A stretch of DNA of 64,000 bases from Zancudomyces culisetae HAW-14-8. Its lineage: Eukaryota > Fungi > Kickxellomycota. Shown one piece after another: positions 1 through 11,352 of the stretch (position 1 is its first letter; each line of letters opens with the position of its first letter). A model generated the notes under the pieces. It saw nothing but the letters and a program-made list of their open reading frames with translations, was not told the origin of the DNA and made no database searches. The stretch covers positions 1,426,001 through 1,490,000 of the forward strand of contig JBNJNM010000006.1 in the NCBI GenBank assembly GCA_052426225.1. Reading direction: 5' to 3'. The position numbers and the translations under genes are program-made.

Positions 1-77
1 AAATATGATAAAATAAATATGATAATTAAACTGCCAATCAAAGCTAGAAGATATGAACTATCATTTTATATAAGACA
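1..77 (-). mobile_element. End of an LTR (truncated by window edge), same family as solo LTR 33039-33444
   Basis: AAATATGATAAAATAAATATGATAA..CTGCCAATCAAAGCTAGAAG..TGAACTATCATT..GACA matches ~33355-33444. Confidence 0.8.
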
Positions 78-480
78 AATAATGTCGCATCAATGAGCGA
101 CAGGATGTACATCACACGGGTGCTTTCGTGTGATGTGCTAAGACTTACACGGTGGTTTTCACCTATGAGGTTTTTCCCGTGTACATATCTATTAATTTTT
201 ATATTTATTTTATATTAATTTTATCAATGTTACTTATATAGTTATAATATAGTTAGTTTATTTAAAATATGAGAGATCAGATATAAGGCTAAGTATCTGA
301 CCTACTGAATTCAGTATCTTTTTTCTTTAGTTTATAATCGAAAATAAACACATTAAGCCATTGAATCTGGGTCCTACCGTCTTCAGGTAGTTATTAGGTA
401 ATAGTATAAACTTTCAAAATACTTGTTAAGGCGGTAAAGTCGGGTAAAAGGGACAACAAATAAATTTAATTCCGTCAATA

Positions 481-1216
481 TGTCGTAGTATTTGAAATTT
501 TATTTTATTTTCATTACTCCATCCATTGTTTCCAGCGGCTATTTCACATCTTTTCAGCCACTTTTTTGGTTCTAGTTCCTCTGCAGGGTTAAATATATCC
601 GGTTCCATAGTTATTCTATGTAAACTATTCAGATGTTGTAGTAAGATATTATCTACAGACTTCTTTTCTTCAATTTGTGCCGTTCTTGGCCTAGGCTTAT
701 TTTCTGGTACTGTCATTATTAATATTGCTTAATAAACTATATTGAATTGATTATTTTGTATTAGCTAAGTTTTTCTAGTGTCCTGGCTGGATCACCATAT
801 TCTGTCGTAGTATGTGAAATTTTATTTTATAATTTTGTATACCACAGTACGACGAGGCTGTGTATACTATAACTCTTTGGTTCAGAACACTAGTACTAAC
901 TTTCTTATAATATTTTATATGATATGTTTATTTTAATAGTAATAGATATACTTAAGTAAACGCTAAACTAAAGGATGAAGTTCGAACACTGTTTCCGTGT
1001 TCGAATGTTTCGAATTATATAGGGTGTTGTAAAATGGTAAAAGAAAAATTAAAGTAAAATAAAACAAACTACTTAAAGTATGAACGTTTTTGGGACACAT
1101 TGTAACAAAAACCACAATGGTGAAAAAGTTACGTCGAACAATGCCCAACGTTTTATAATAATTAAAACTATATAATATAAATAAAAGTAGGGTATGATGT
1201 AAAATTGCACACGACA
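481..1216 (-). mobile_element. Internally deleted Ty3/gypsy remnant: LTR ~803-1216, PBS 781-797, gag N-terminal fragment (ORF 426-716)
   Basis: TGTCGTAG...CACGACA termini; minus-strand TGGTGATCCAGCCAGGA just after the LTR; Gag-like EPDIFNP..PKKWLKRCEIAAGNNGW; LTR-end sequence TGTCGTAGTATtTGAAATTTTATTTTAT recurs at 481. Confidence 0.6.
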
Positions 1217-1225
1217 AATAACAGC

Positions 1226-1849
1226 TGTCGCAATATGGAATCTGGGGGTTACACAATCGCTCTGTAACCTTATCCCCATTTGCGCAGAATGGGGTGACAC
1301 ACACCCCTTTGGAGGTGTAGGGGAAAGTCTGATCCCCGACGGACTCCCTAGGCTGCTACGGATCTGTATCTGACGCACGCTAGTGGTCAGATCTTTCAAG
1401 GTCTGGGGGCTTAATACCCCAGCATCCTGATCCATGCTGCTGCCGGTACTCCTTCCGGAAGATGATGAAGTGGTACTTATTGCCATCTCCTCATCTTCAT
1501 ACCCATTTGAGTAGTACATTTTGTAGTTTTTTTGTATTTGTTATTATTATTAACTAGATTTTTATTAAATACGTCCGTATATTAAGACATGGATGACGCT
1601 TTCAAATTCATCTATGTCTTTTATTTATATAAACTAACTCTTTACATATAATCACTAAACTATCATCCATAAAAAAATAATATTGCTATATTAATGTTTG
1701 CGTTGAAACGTTGGTGTATGAATGTGTTGTTAACAATCATTCATACATATCTCAACGTTTCTTGAATGAACAATGTAATTGTTCAGCAACGTGTAATCTG
1801 ATCCAATACACGTTGCTATGCCCTGATACCCGGATCTAGTATCTCGACA
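1226..1849 (-). mobile_element. Solo LTR of the A/C family carrying the LTR-encoded ORF (1519 to 1073)
   Basis: TGTCG...CGACA termini; ORF has SSMDQDAGVLSPQTLKDLTTSVRQIQIRSS, homologous to the A and C N-termini; shares the TCATCCATGT..TACGGA motif. Confidence 0.85.
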
Positions 1850-2207
1850 TGTCGTATAATATTTTATACTTTATAAAAGTAGTGTATGGAAATTTAAGAA
1901 ATTCAATGGAAATACTTAATCAAAATTATTTTAGAAATTGGACTCTTTTTTCCTTGGCAATTTTTGTTAGGTTTTTTTGTGAGAAATTTCGATAGTAAGT
2001 TTTGGTTCTTATCTTTATACAAAATAAACACATAACTAAGATTTTACAGTATTTAGCCATTAGTAGATATTTTTAAGATCATTATAACGGATTAAGTGAG
2101 CCCATTAATCGAAGCCACAAGTAGATTCTACGCCACTTATATCCCTAAAAACCAACATAACTATTAAATAAACGGATTTTCTATATAAATATACAAATTC
2201 GTTAACA
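1850..2207 (+). mobile_element. Solo LTR related to B/D LTRs
   Basis: Starts TGTCGTATAAT like the B LTR; ATTGGACTCTTTTTTCCTTGGCAATTTTTG resembles B LTR ATTGGACCTTTTTCCCCTTGTGGTTTTTG; ends AACA. Confidence 0.65.
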
Positions 2208-2209
2208 GA

Positions 2210-2671
2210 TGTCGTATTTTTATTATTTGTATACTAGTGAATTTATATTTATTAAGTTTTAATATATATATATAGTAATAAGATATTTAAATAATAGTTA
2301 GATGCCTTCTTTCAAAAAGTGAAGAAAAGTTGGGGTTTATATAGTTTTTCTGTATGTCAACATTGTTTTGAAATCACTAACATGTTCTTCTGATGTTCAA
2401 ACATGTTTTATTAATTTATGCGTTGTTTATCTTTTCTACCCCTACATTTCTTATCATGTTAACAGTTCACTCAAAACAGCATCGTTACCCCGTGTTAACA
2501 CACGTGGTTTGGTGTAATTTATCCGCATGATAAATTACACTGATTTATTTTGAAACATATAAATGCGTTAATAAAATTAAATGATATTAATACTAAGAAT
2601 TAAACAAATGTATGGGGAAAAACCCAGTGGGAAAAAGTGCCCTTACATATACTATAAAAACTAATACGACA
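2210..2671. mobile_element. Solo LTR
   Basis: 9-bp terminal inverted repeat TGTCGTATT...AATACGACA; lies within an LTR stack. Confidence 0.65.
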
Positions 2672-2675
2672 ACAT

Positions 2676-2898
2676 TGTTATATAGTAGAAATATATACCT
2701 GTATTTCCTTGTATTTTATTGGTTAATTAAAATAGCATTATTTTATTCATTAAATAGTCTAGTTTTGAAATAACTAATAAATTGTCTTTTTCTCCCTAAT
2801 TAATTATAGTCCTAATATATAATATTAAAAGTCCCGTCCTGTATAATACTGGGAAATTATATTACTCAGTAAGACGTTAAACATGTAATTATACAACA
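2676..2898. mobile_element. Probable short solo LTR
   Basis: TGTTATATA...TATACAACA termini; abuts neighbouring LTRs; no clean TSD. Confidence 0.45.
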
Positions 2899-3403
2899 GT
2901 CGTAGTTGTCGCATGAGTGAGCAATTGTACACTTAAGTACAATTGTAGTACAAAATGAAGTACACTCATCGCAGAATGAAAATTAAATTTTTGTATCTGC
3001 ATGAAATTCAATTTGGAAAATGAGCGACACAGTATGAAATTAATTCTACATGCTGAGTCGACTCAATAATGATAGAATTTAGTATGAAAAATGTCTTCAT
3101 ACTAAATCCTAAATTAAATCATAATTATTAGGTGTTCCCAACACCTAATTCAACATTCACTACATAAGTAAAATATGTAGAGGAAGTCAGTATCAAGTCA
3201 TAATAGTTCTTATAGTATATAAGTAATAGTATTTTAAACGTTTTGAAGATAGTAGCAGTTTAATAGAAATTTATATTTAAGGAACAAGAAGAGGGAAATG
3301 GAAAAACTTCATCCATGTTCTACTCTACGGATTAAATAGTATATTTATTTAAACACAATAAAACAAACTTCAGAATATTATTTATAATAACCAATAACCA
3401 AAA

Positions 3404-6400
3404 ATGAACTATTTCTTTTATAGTAAAAGCGAATCCAAGAGGGATTCAGAAACTAGCTCCAGTCTGAGTACGGCTAGTAGCATGGACCAAGAGACCGGGG
3501 TTCTAAGCCCTCGGACTCTTGGGGAGTTGACAGAAAGTGTCCGTCAACTCCAAATCCGTAGGAGCCCAGAACCAATGTCCGTGAGCAGCATCTCACCGAC
3601 ATTGTACAGGGGAAATAGCTCACCCGAGCACCCCTATATGCACATCACACTACGGGGTAGTGGTGCATCCTCATCAAGTGGTCATACCCGAACTGGTATG
3701 ACACGTGATGAACATAATAATCATGATTTCCCATATTATGATTATTACGACATGGCGTCAGCGACAGGATCATTTTTCAACAATGATCACAGGGATGAAG
3801 ACCAGGCAAGGAGTAGCCCAGCGATATCAGATTCACCAAAGTTATACTTTTCTCCTCGAAGTAGTAACAGTACAGACTCCACACCAAAACCTTCTACAGC
3901 ACAAGTAGCTAAGAGATTATTTACAAATGGAGTAAATAAACTTAAAGAATTTGCTCCAAAAAGTATCGAAATTTTCAACTTCGATACCAGTTCCGGAAAA
4001 CAAAATGAAAACAAAGAAGCAGGTACTAGTAAGACAAAAATCAGAACACAAGTAATAGGAAGTAAGACTGCTAAAGAGGTACTAGAATCCAATGTTAAAG
4101 CAACTCAAGAACGAATGAAAATGGGACAGAAAGAATTGGCACCAGGATGGTTACCAGTACCACCATCAGTATTTAGCAATTCATGGGACCAGGATCCTGA
4201 AGAGTTTTTAAATTATTTCTGCAAGCATGTAAACGCGTTGGAACACGTTATGACTTTGGAGGAAACGTTCATATATTTGGAAAACTTTTTAGAAGGCAGT
4301 ATAAAGAAAACATTAGTCGACCTAATGGTAATACAGGATGACTGGGAAGAATACTGCGATCTATTTATATCAACTTGTAATAAATATAGGGACACTTCGG
4401 AAGCTCGGAAACAGTTCGAAAAATATAATCTTTATAATAACAATCCTATAACAACCTTTGCGGATCTAAAAAGGTTGTTCAAAAACATGAAAATCGAGGA
4501 TACTGAGAAGATGGCGGAGAAAGTTTTTAAAAAACTGAATCCAGCAGATAAACAACATATGCGAAATAATAAGGATGGAATTACTATGAAATCAATGCTA
4601 ACATATATGATACAAAGAGAAGAAGATATTATCGAAACAAAAAAATCTCAGGGCATTCGTATACAGCATGGCAATAAACAAAAAATATATAATAATATTA
4701 AAAATCAAAAAACATATAACAACAAAAACATTAACAATACAATTAAGTTTAATAATTCAAATAACAATAGTCCATATAAACCAAGTGAGAAGCCGCGTAC
4801 AGAGAACAGAAGCAAATACGAGACTCCAACAAAGAATAATAGGTATAATAAAATGGAGAGAAACAACATCCGATGCTACAAGTGCCGACAATATGGCCAT
4901 TACGCAAGTGACTGTACGGCATCAATTGAGGATGTCGAAATGAAAACCGCCAGCCCAATTAAAAGAACCCCAGATAATCCTCGTCACGAAGTAAACTTAG
5001 TGGAGATAAAGGAACAAGGCATTAAGCATCCAGTAGTTTCGCAAAGAGAGATGAGTAATAAGATAACCGCCATAATGGGTAGTGTCAAAGTAAATAACAT
5101 AAGTACAAGATTTCAATATGACAGTGGAGCAGCCACCAATCTGATGAGCAGCGAAATGGCTAGAAGACTGAATTTAGGCAAAGGGCAAGAAACAACTGTG
5201 ACTATTGTTGGAGTGGAAGGACACCATTCCAAACCACGGTACTATCCATCAGTACAAATAACATTCGATACATTTAGTGTTTGCATACCAATATACTCAA
5301 TCAAGCAGGGAAAACCGGATCTTCTACTATTGGGAGTAGACCTATTTGCATCTTTAAAAGCACATATAAATATGGAGAAGAATATAATGTACTGCAACAT
5401 AAAAGGGAGAGTACATGAAGTACCTTTAATCTTAAGACAGGATGGCAATACAGAACCGACAAAAACCATTTTGGCAGTAAACCTGATAGATAACCAAGGC
5501 ATGATCATTAACCAACAGTTAGAAGAGCATCAAAAGCAGCAACTTAAGGCGGTGATAAGGGATAATGAGGATGAGTTTGCTCATGATCTAGAAGAATTTC
5601 GTAGAGCCAAGGTTGAACCGGTAATAATTGAATTACTCGACCCAAAACCGATTCATTGCAAACCATACCGACTAGCGAAAAGATTACAGGAGGAAGTCAT
5701 GAACCAAATAGCAGAAATGGAGACACAGGGTGTTATCATAAAATCGAACAGTCCATACTGTTTCCCTATGGTAGTAGTTAATAAAAAGGACGGGAAAAAG
5801 AGAATATGTGTCGACTACCGAAAGTTGAATGATATTTCAAGAAAAGATGCGTACCCAATTCCGAATATTGACGAAATACTCAGTAATCTACAAGGTGCAA
5901 AGTACTTTTCTACACTTGATGCGCTTAGTGGGTATTGGCAAATACCACTCGATCGTGTTACCCAAGAAATGACTGCCTTCACACCTGGCCCTGGCCTAGG
6001 GTTATTCCAATTTACTGTACTCCCATTCGGTCTGACGAATGCTCCATCCATAATTCAAAGAGTGATGGAGGACGTACTGAAAAGCGAATTACACAGATGC
6101 GTCATGGTGTACATTGACGATATTATAATTTATTCTAAATCGTTTAATGAACATATACAAGATGTATGTAGAATAATAGAATTGCTAAAAGCTAATAACA
6201 TTAAATTACATGCAGAAAAGTGTAGGATAGGGTACACGGAAGTAAAATATTTAGGACACACGATTAGTGCACAAGGAATAAAACCGGACACTGAGAACAT
6301 TCAAAAAGTGAAAACCTTAGTACCACCTAAGGATGTAGATGGGATTCGAAGTTACTTAGGACTAGTCGGGTACTACAGAAAATTCATAAAAAATTTTTCA

Positions 6401-6913
6401 GCTATAGCGAAGCCGCTAACAACGTTAACAAAGAAAAACGTAAACTATACATGGGGCGCCGAGCAACAACAGGCATATGAATACCTCCAGAATCAGTTAA
6501 TAAATCGACCAATACTCAACCACCCGGACTGGAACAAGGACTTCACAGTAATAACGGATGCATCAACCGCGGGCCTAGGTGCCATATTGGCACAAGGAGC
6601 AGAAGGCAAGGAAGGTGTAATATGTTATGCTAGCAGGACACTTTCGCCAGCAGAATCAAATTACAGCATTACACACCTAGAAGGGTTAGCAGTCGTCTGG
6701 GCGCTAACACACTTCCACTACTATTTATATGGAAGAAAATTTACCGTTATTACTGACCATAGCGCGCTGGTAGAGCTGTTCAAAAAGGAACCAGTAAAAG
6801 GCCGAATCGGTAGATGGGTGTTAAAACTGAGGCATTACGACTTTGATGTTATACACCGGGAAGGGAAAACAAACCCGGCAGACTACTTAAGCAGATTTCC
6901 CTGGGAGGATATA
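3404..6913 (+). CDS. Element A Gag-Pol, 5' part (LTR-encoded extension, Gag, CCHC knuckle, protease, RT, RNase H); cut by insertion E
   Basis: CYKCRQYGHYASDC, YDSGA, YIDD, TDAS, NPADYLSR; colinear with the element C ORF. Confidence 0.95.
3753..3770 (+). promoter_or_regulatory. Primer-binding site (3' end of a G73 tRNA, probably tRNA-Ser); identical in C at 26892
   Basis: TGG immediately after LTR; complement is ATCCTGTCGCTGACG-CCA. Confidence 0.8.
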
Positions 6914-7219
6914 TGTTATAATCAATGAGCTGCTTATAACTATGCTGTGATTAATATTCAGTATTATTATTTATTAGGAAGAAGTAGTTATTTAGAAAAA
7001 TATATTATTAGATGAGTTAATGATATATTTTTCTCTGATGTATCCCAAGGGAATTTCGAAGGGTTTATATATTTTTTCATCAGAGAAATTTGCTATGAAA
7101 AAACTTAGTGATAATAATTTTTTAGTTTTAAAATTTTACTATGTAAAAATGAACTAATTTAAAGTAACTATCAAAATTGAGTTTATCAAACTTCTTGTTT
7201 GATTTATTCATGAGATTAC

Positions 7220-7500
7220 TTTATCGATTTTAACATGTATTTTGTTTATCGATTTTAACATGTATTTTGTTTATCGAATTTTATCATGGTTTTTGGTTAT
7301 CCAATTTTAACATGTATTATGTTTATCGAATTTTATCATGGTTTTTGGTTATCCAATTTTATCATGGTTTTTGGTTATCTATTTTGCCTACTATATTGTA
7401 TATCGATTTTGCCTATGATTTTGTATATCGATTTTGCCTACGATATTGTATATCGATTTTGCCTATGATTTTGTATATCGATTTTAACATGAATTTTATA
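7220..7500. repeat. Degenerate 20-30-bp tandem repeats in E LTR (also ~12616-12896)
   Basis: Repeated TATCGATTTTAACATG / TTTTATCATGGTTTTTGGTTATC / TATCGATTTTGCCTA units. Confidence 0.9.
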
Positions 7501-7815
7501 AATTTAATTATTGAAAATTTTCTTTAATTTTCTTTGTCAATTTTCCCAATAATAAATACTGTGATTTCATGGTGAATTTTGCATACATGATTCCAATGTC
7601 GGAATGGCTTATTTGAATGTCGTAAGTGTAATAATAAAATAGTTTAATTTTTTATAGAACAAAAATGTAAACTAAAATTTATGTTCCGGGAATTTGCCAT
7701 TCCTAACATTTTAGGATCGATTCCAACAAAGATCCATTTTTTGGAATATATTGCCATTCCTAACATCACCCCCATCTTTATGATCAAGCTCCGCGAGATC
7801 GATAGCTTATCATGT

Positions 7816-10800
7816 TTAGGGTTTCTTGGATTTCTGATTAAACTGTTTTATTAGTCTTTGACAGTTTTCAAGATTTTCTGTTGGTTCCCAAGTGTTTTCG
7901 CAGTCTGAGAATCCTTTCCATTTGACGAGATAGTAAGCTCTGTTATTTGCTTTCTTGGCATCTAGAATTTCTTCTACTTCCCATTCTTCAGTATTATCTA
8001 AGATGATGGGTTCAGGTCTTGGCTTTATTTGTCCATTGATTATTGGTGCATGATATGGCTCAAGGAGTGATACATGGAATACATCATGGATTCTCATGTC
8101 ATCTGATAGTTTTAATCTGTAAGCCACTTTGTTTATTTGTTCCGTGATTTGAAACGGACCTATTCTTTGATTATCCAATTTATTAGATGGTCTCATAGTC
8201 TTGATGTTTTTACGATCTAACCATACTAGATCGTTTACTTTATACTTGATATTTATCCTTTTACGATTTGATTGTTTTACTGAGTTGTCTTGAGATTGAT
8301 TAAGTGTTGACTTAATTTCTTCACATGATTCTTGAATGACTTTGAGATACGAGGTTACTGCAGGATTACTTGATATATTTTCTTTAGTATTTAGAAAATC
8401 AGCCTTGGGGTTGTATCCATAGTTTGCATAAAACGGTGACATCTTGGTACTTGAGCTTACTGCGTTGTTGTAAGCGAACTCTGCGAATGGTAGTAAGGTA
8501 CTCCAGTTATCTTGATTGTAGTTCGAGTAATTTCTGAGGTATTGTTCAAGAGTTTGGTTGACTCTTTCTGTTTGTCCATTTGACTGTGGGTGATAAGCCG
8601 AAGATAGATTAACTTTTACTTTTAATAAATTCATGATTTCTTTCCAAAATTTTGATCTAAACTGAGATCCTCTATCTGATGTTATATCAATTGGCAGGCC
8701 ATGTAACTTGAATATATTATTTATGAATAACTTTGCAGTTCCTGCTGCATCAATGGTTTCATTACAAGGTATAAAATGTGCTTGCTTTGTAAAGCGACAC
8801 ACTATGACAAGAATAGAATCATAGCCATTTGAGGATGGTAGTTTTACTATGAAGTCCATAGAGATTTTGGACCACGGCTTTTCTGGGATTTCAAGTGGGT
8901 TTAACAATCCATATGGCTTATGTCTGTGGATTTTATTTCTTTGACAAATATCACATCCTTTGATATAATTATTAATGTATTGTCTCATTCCTTTCCAATA
9001 GTAATCCTTGGCGATTAAAGCAAAAGTTTTCTGTTGACCTAAATGTCCGGCGGTTAGGGCATCGTGGCGTGACTGAATTATTTCAAGTTTTTCTTTATCA
9101 GATGTAATTAGTTTAACCTGAGGGGTTTGAGTTTTAGCAGCATTAATCCATTTGGAAGCTGGGAGGATTGTGGCTTCATACTTTTGTGGGTTGGTGTATT
9201 CACCCCCCGTTTCAGGTAATAAGTCGGTCCTTCGACTCAATGCATCTGCAACTGGATTAAGTGCACCTGGTTTGTAACACAACTTGAAGTCAAATTCTGA
9301 CAAGGTATTTGCCCATCTGGCGTGTCTTTGCTTCAATATTCTCTTTGTTCTAAAGAATGTTAAGTTTCTGTGGTCAGAGAATACATTGATTGGATGGATT
9401 GCTCCACATAGGTAGTGTCTCCAGTGTTTAAGCGCGTTTACTATAGTCAATAATTCTTTGTCATGAATGTCATAATTAATTTCGGCGTCTAGTAGTTTGC
9501 GAGAATAGAAAGCAACTGGATGGAGAGTGGAATCTGTCTTGGATACTGGTTGATTTAACACGGCACCTATGGCATAATCTGAAGCATCAGTTTCAAGGTG
9601 AAAGGGTAAACTGGGATCTGGATGTGCGAGAATTGGTGCTGAAGTAACGGTTTTCTTGAGGAATTCGAATGCATCCTGGCATTCCGGAGTCCAATCAAAT
9701 GGAATATCCTTCTTGGTGAGGTTTGTGAGTGGTCTGACTATCTTTGAATAGTCCTTGATAAATTTTCTGTAAAAGTTAGCAAATCCTAAGAAACTCATTA
9801 CACCCTTAACATGGGTTGGTGTTTGCCAGCTAAGAATAGTTTGAACTTTTTCTGGGCTCATAGAGATACCTGTATCTGAAATTATGTAGCCCAAGAATTC
9901 TACACTTGTTTGGTCAAACTGACATTTCTCTAATTTTGCGTAGAGACCGTGAGTTCTTAGTCTTTCTAAGACTTCTTTTACATGAATGTTGTGTGATTCC
10001 TGATTTTCTGAGAATATTAGTATATCATCAAGATATACTATTACAGAAATGTCTAACATGTCTCTGAAAATGTCATTCACCATTGCTTGAAACACAGCTG
10101 GAGCATTGGTTAATCCGAATGGCATTACTAGGTATTCAAAGTGTCCATATCGGGAACGAAAGGCGGTTTTCCACTCTTCACCTGGCTTCATACGAACTAA
10201 ATTATATGCACCTCTCAGATCTATTTTGGTAAATATTCTAGCATCATTGAGATGATCTAATAGTTCAGAAATCAGTGGTAGTGGATACCGATCTTTCACA
10301 GTTAGCTCGTTTAAGTCCCTGTAATCGATACAAGGTCTTAAACCTCCGTCCTTTTTCTTTATGAAAAATATCGGAGCACCTGCTGTGGAATGACTTCTCC
10401 TGATAAATCCTTTCTTGAGATTTTCTTTGATATACTCATCTAGAGTCTTGAGTTCTGGACCTGACAGGTTGTATAACGGCTTGAACGGAATCTTGGCTTC
10501 TGGGTCTTTGAGCGGGATTTCACAATCATAGGGTCTAAGTTCTGGCAATGTGTCTGCTTTCTTTTTTGAGAATACATCTGAGTAATCTTGATATTTCATG
10601 GGTAGTTTTTTGGAGTGGTTTTCAAATGAGTCCTCATCTTCTGAATCATCGTATGGATCAAATGATTTCTCAGACAAGGTAATTTGGCTAAGAGTTAAAT
10701 TATCTGTAGTAGATTCGGGCAGGTTGAAGTTCAACTTCAGTTTTACCCAATCAATGATTGGTTGTTGTTGTTTTAACCATGGCAATCCTAGTATAACGGG

Positions 10801-11352
10801 ATAACTGAGAGACGGTACGACATTGAATGTAGTCGTGCTAATGTGTTTATTGATCATGATTTCTAGAGGAACTGTGGCCTGAGTTATGAATCCATGGCTA
10901 GCAGGTTTATTGTTTGCTAGAATTATTTCTATGGGTTTATCCAATGTTTGGATCATGATTCTATGATTATTTATAAGTCTTTTGCTTATAAAATTTCCTG
11001 ATGCTCCGGTATCTACCAGAGCCTTGGTATGTATCTTTTTATTTTTATACTTGATCTTGATATTAATTAAAACATTATTAGAAAACTTGGTATTGTTAAG
11101 ATAGTGAGTTTGAAACTCCATGGATGGTGAGGGTTCATGAAAATCCTTCAGATACCCTCTGATTTCTGAGGAGTTCTCTGGTTTTTTGCTTGAATAATAG
11201 TTTGATTCTTGATCTTGGAAATAATGGATTTCCCTGAGTCTCTGCTTGGGGAACGGGTCTTCTTCAGATTTACGGAGTTCGGATTCATAAAAGATTCTTG
11301 GTGTTTTTTCTTCCTGTGGCAATTCTGGACAGTGTGGTTTGAACCACCACAA
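7816..11352 (-). CDS. Element E Pol (protease, RT, RNase H, integrase, chromodomain), expressed by -1 frameshift from gag
   Basis: LVDTGA, YLDD, ETDASD, HHCC zinc finger, SDRG, GPF, WEVEEILDAK..YYLVKWKGF..NTWEP chromodomain. Confidence 0.95.
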   Translation of the reverse strand: MWWFKPHCPELPQEEKTPRIFYESELRKSEEDPFPKQRLREIHYFQDQESNYYSSKKPENSSEIRGYLKDFHEPSPSMEFQTHYLNNTKFSNNVLINIKIKYKNKKIHTKALVDTGASGNFISKRLINNHRIMIQTLDKPIEIILANNKPASHGFITQATVPLEIMINKHISTTTFNVVPSLSYPVILGLPWLKQQQPIIDWVKLKLNFNLPESTTDNLTLSQITLSEKSFDPYDDSEDEDSFENHSKKLPMKYQDYSDVFSKKKADTLPELRPYDCEIPLKDPEAKIPFKPLYNLSGPELKTLDEYIKENLKKGFIRRSHSTAGAPIFFIKKKDGGLRPCIDYRDLNELTVKDRYPLPLISELLDHLNDARIFTKIDLRGAYNLVRMKPGEEWKTAFRSRYGHFEYLVMPFGLTNAPAVFQAMVNDIFRDMLDISVIVYLDDILIFSENQESHNIHVKEVLERLRTHGLYAKLEKCQFDQTSVEFLGYIISDTGISMSPEKVQTILSWQTPTHVKGVMSFLGFANFYRKFIKDYSKIVRPLTNLTKKDIPFDWTPECQDAFEFLKKTVTSAPILAHPDPSLPFHLETDASDYAIGAVLNQPVSKTDSTLHPVAFYSRKLLDAEINYDIHDKELLTIVNALKHWRHYLCGAIHPINVFSDHRNLTFFRTKRILKQRHARWANTLSEFDFKLCYKPGALNPVADALSRRTDLLPETGGEYTNPQKYEATILPASKWINAAKTQTPQVKLITSDKEKLEIIQSRHDALTAGHLGQQKTFALIAKDYYWKGMRQYINNYIKGCDICQRNKIHRHKPYGLLNPLEIPEKPWSKISMDFIVKLPSSNGYDSILVIVCRFTKQAHFIPCNETIDAAGTAKLFINNIFKLHGLPIDITSDRGSQFRSKFWKEIMNLLKVKVNLSSAYHPQSNGQTERVNQTLEQYLRNYSNYNQDNWSTLLPFAEFAYNNAVSSSTKMSPFYANYGYNPKADFLNTKENISSNPAVTSYLKVIQESCEEIKSTLNQSQDNSVKQSNRKRINIKYKVNDLVWLDRKNIKTMRPSNKLDNQRIGPFQITEQINKVAYRLKLSDDMRIHDVFHVSLLEPYHAPIINGQIKPRPEPIILDNTEEWEVEEILDAKKANNRAYYLVKWKGFSDCENTWEPTENLENCQRLIKQFNQKSKKP

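Noticed and set aside
83-420. Possible LTR starting TGTCGCATC
   Set aside because: Right terminus and TSD not identifiable; counted only as part of the stack
7220-7500. CRISPR-like repeated units
   Set aside because: No unique spacers; eukaryotic LTR minisatellite
7267-7527. Hydrophobic ORFs 7267/7286 and 12663/12682
   Set aside because: Artefacts of tandem repeats in the E LTRs
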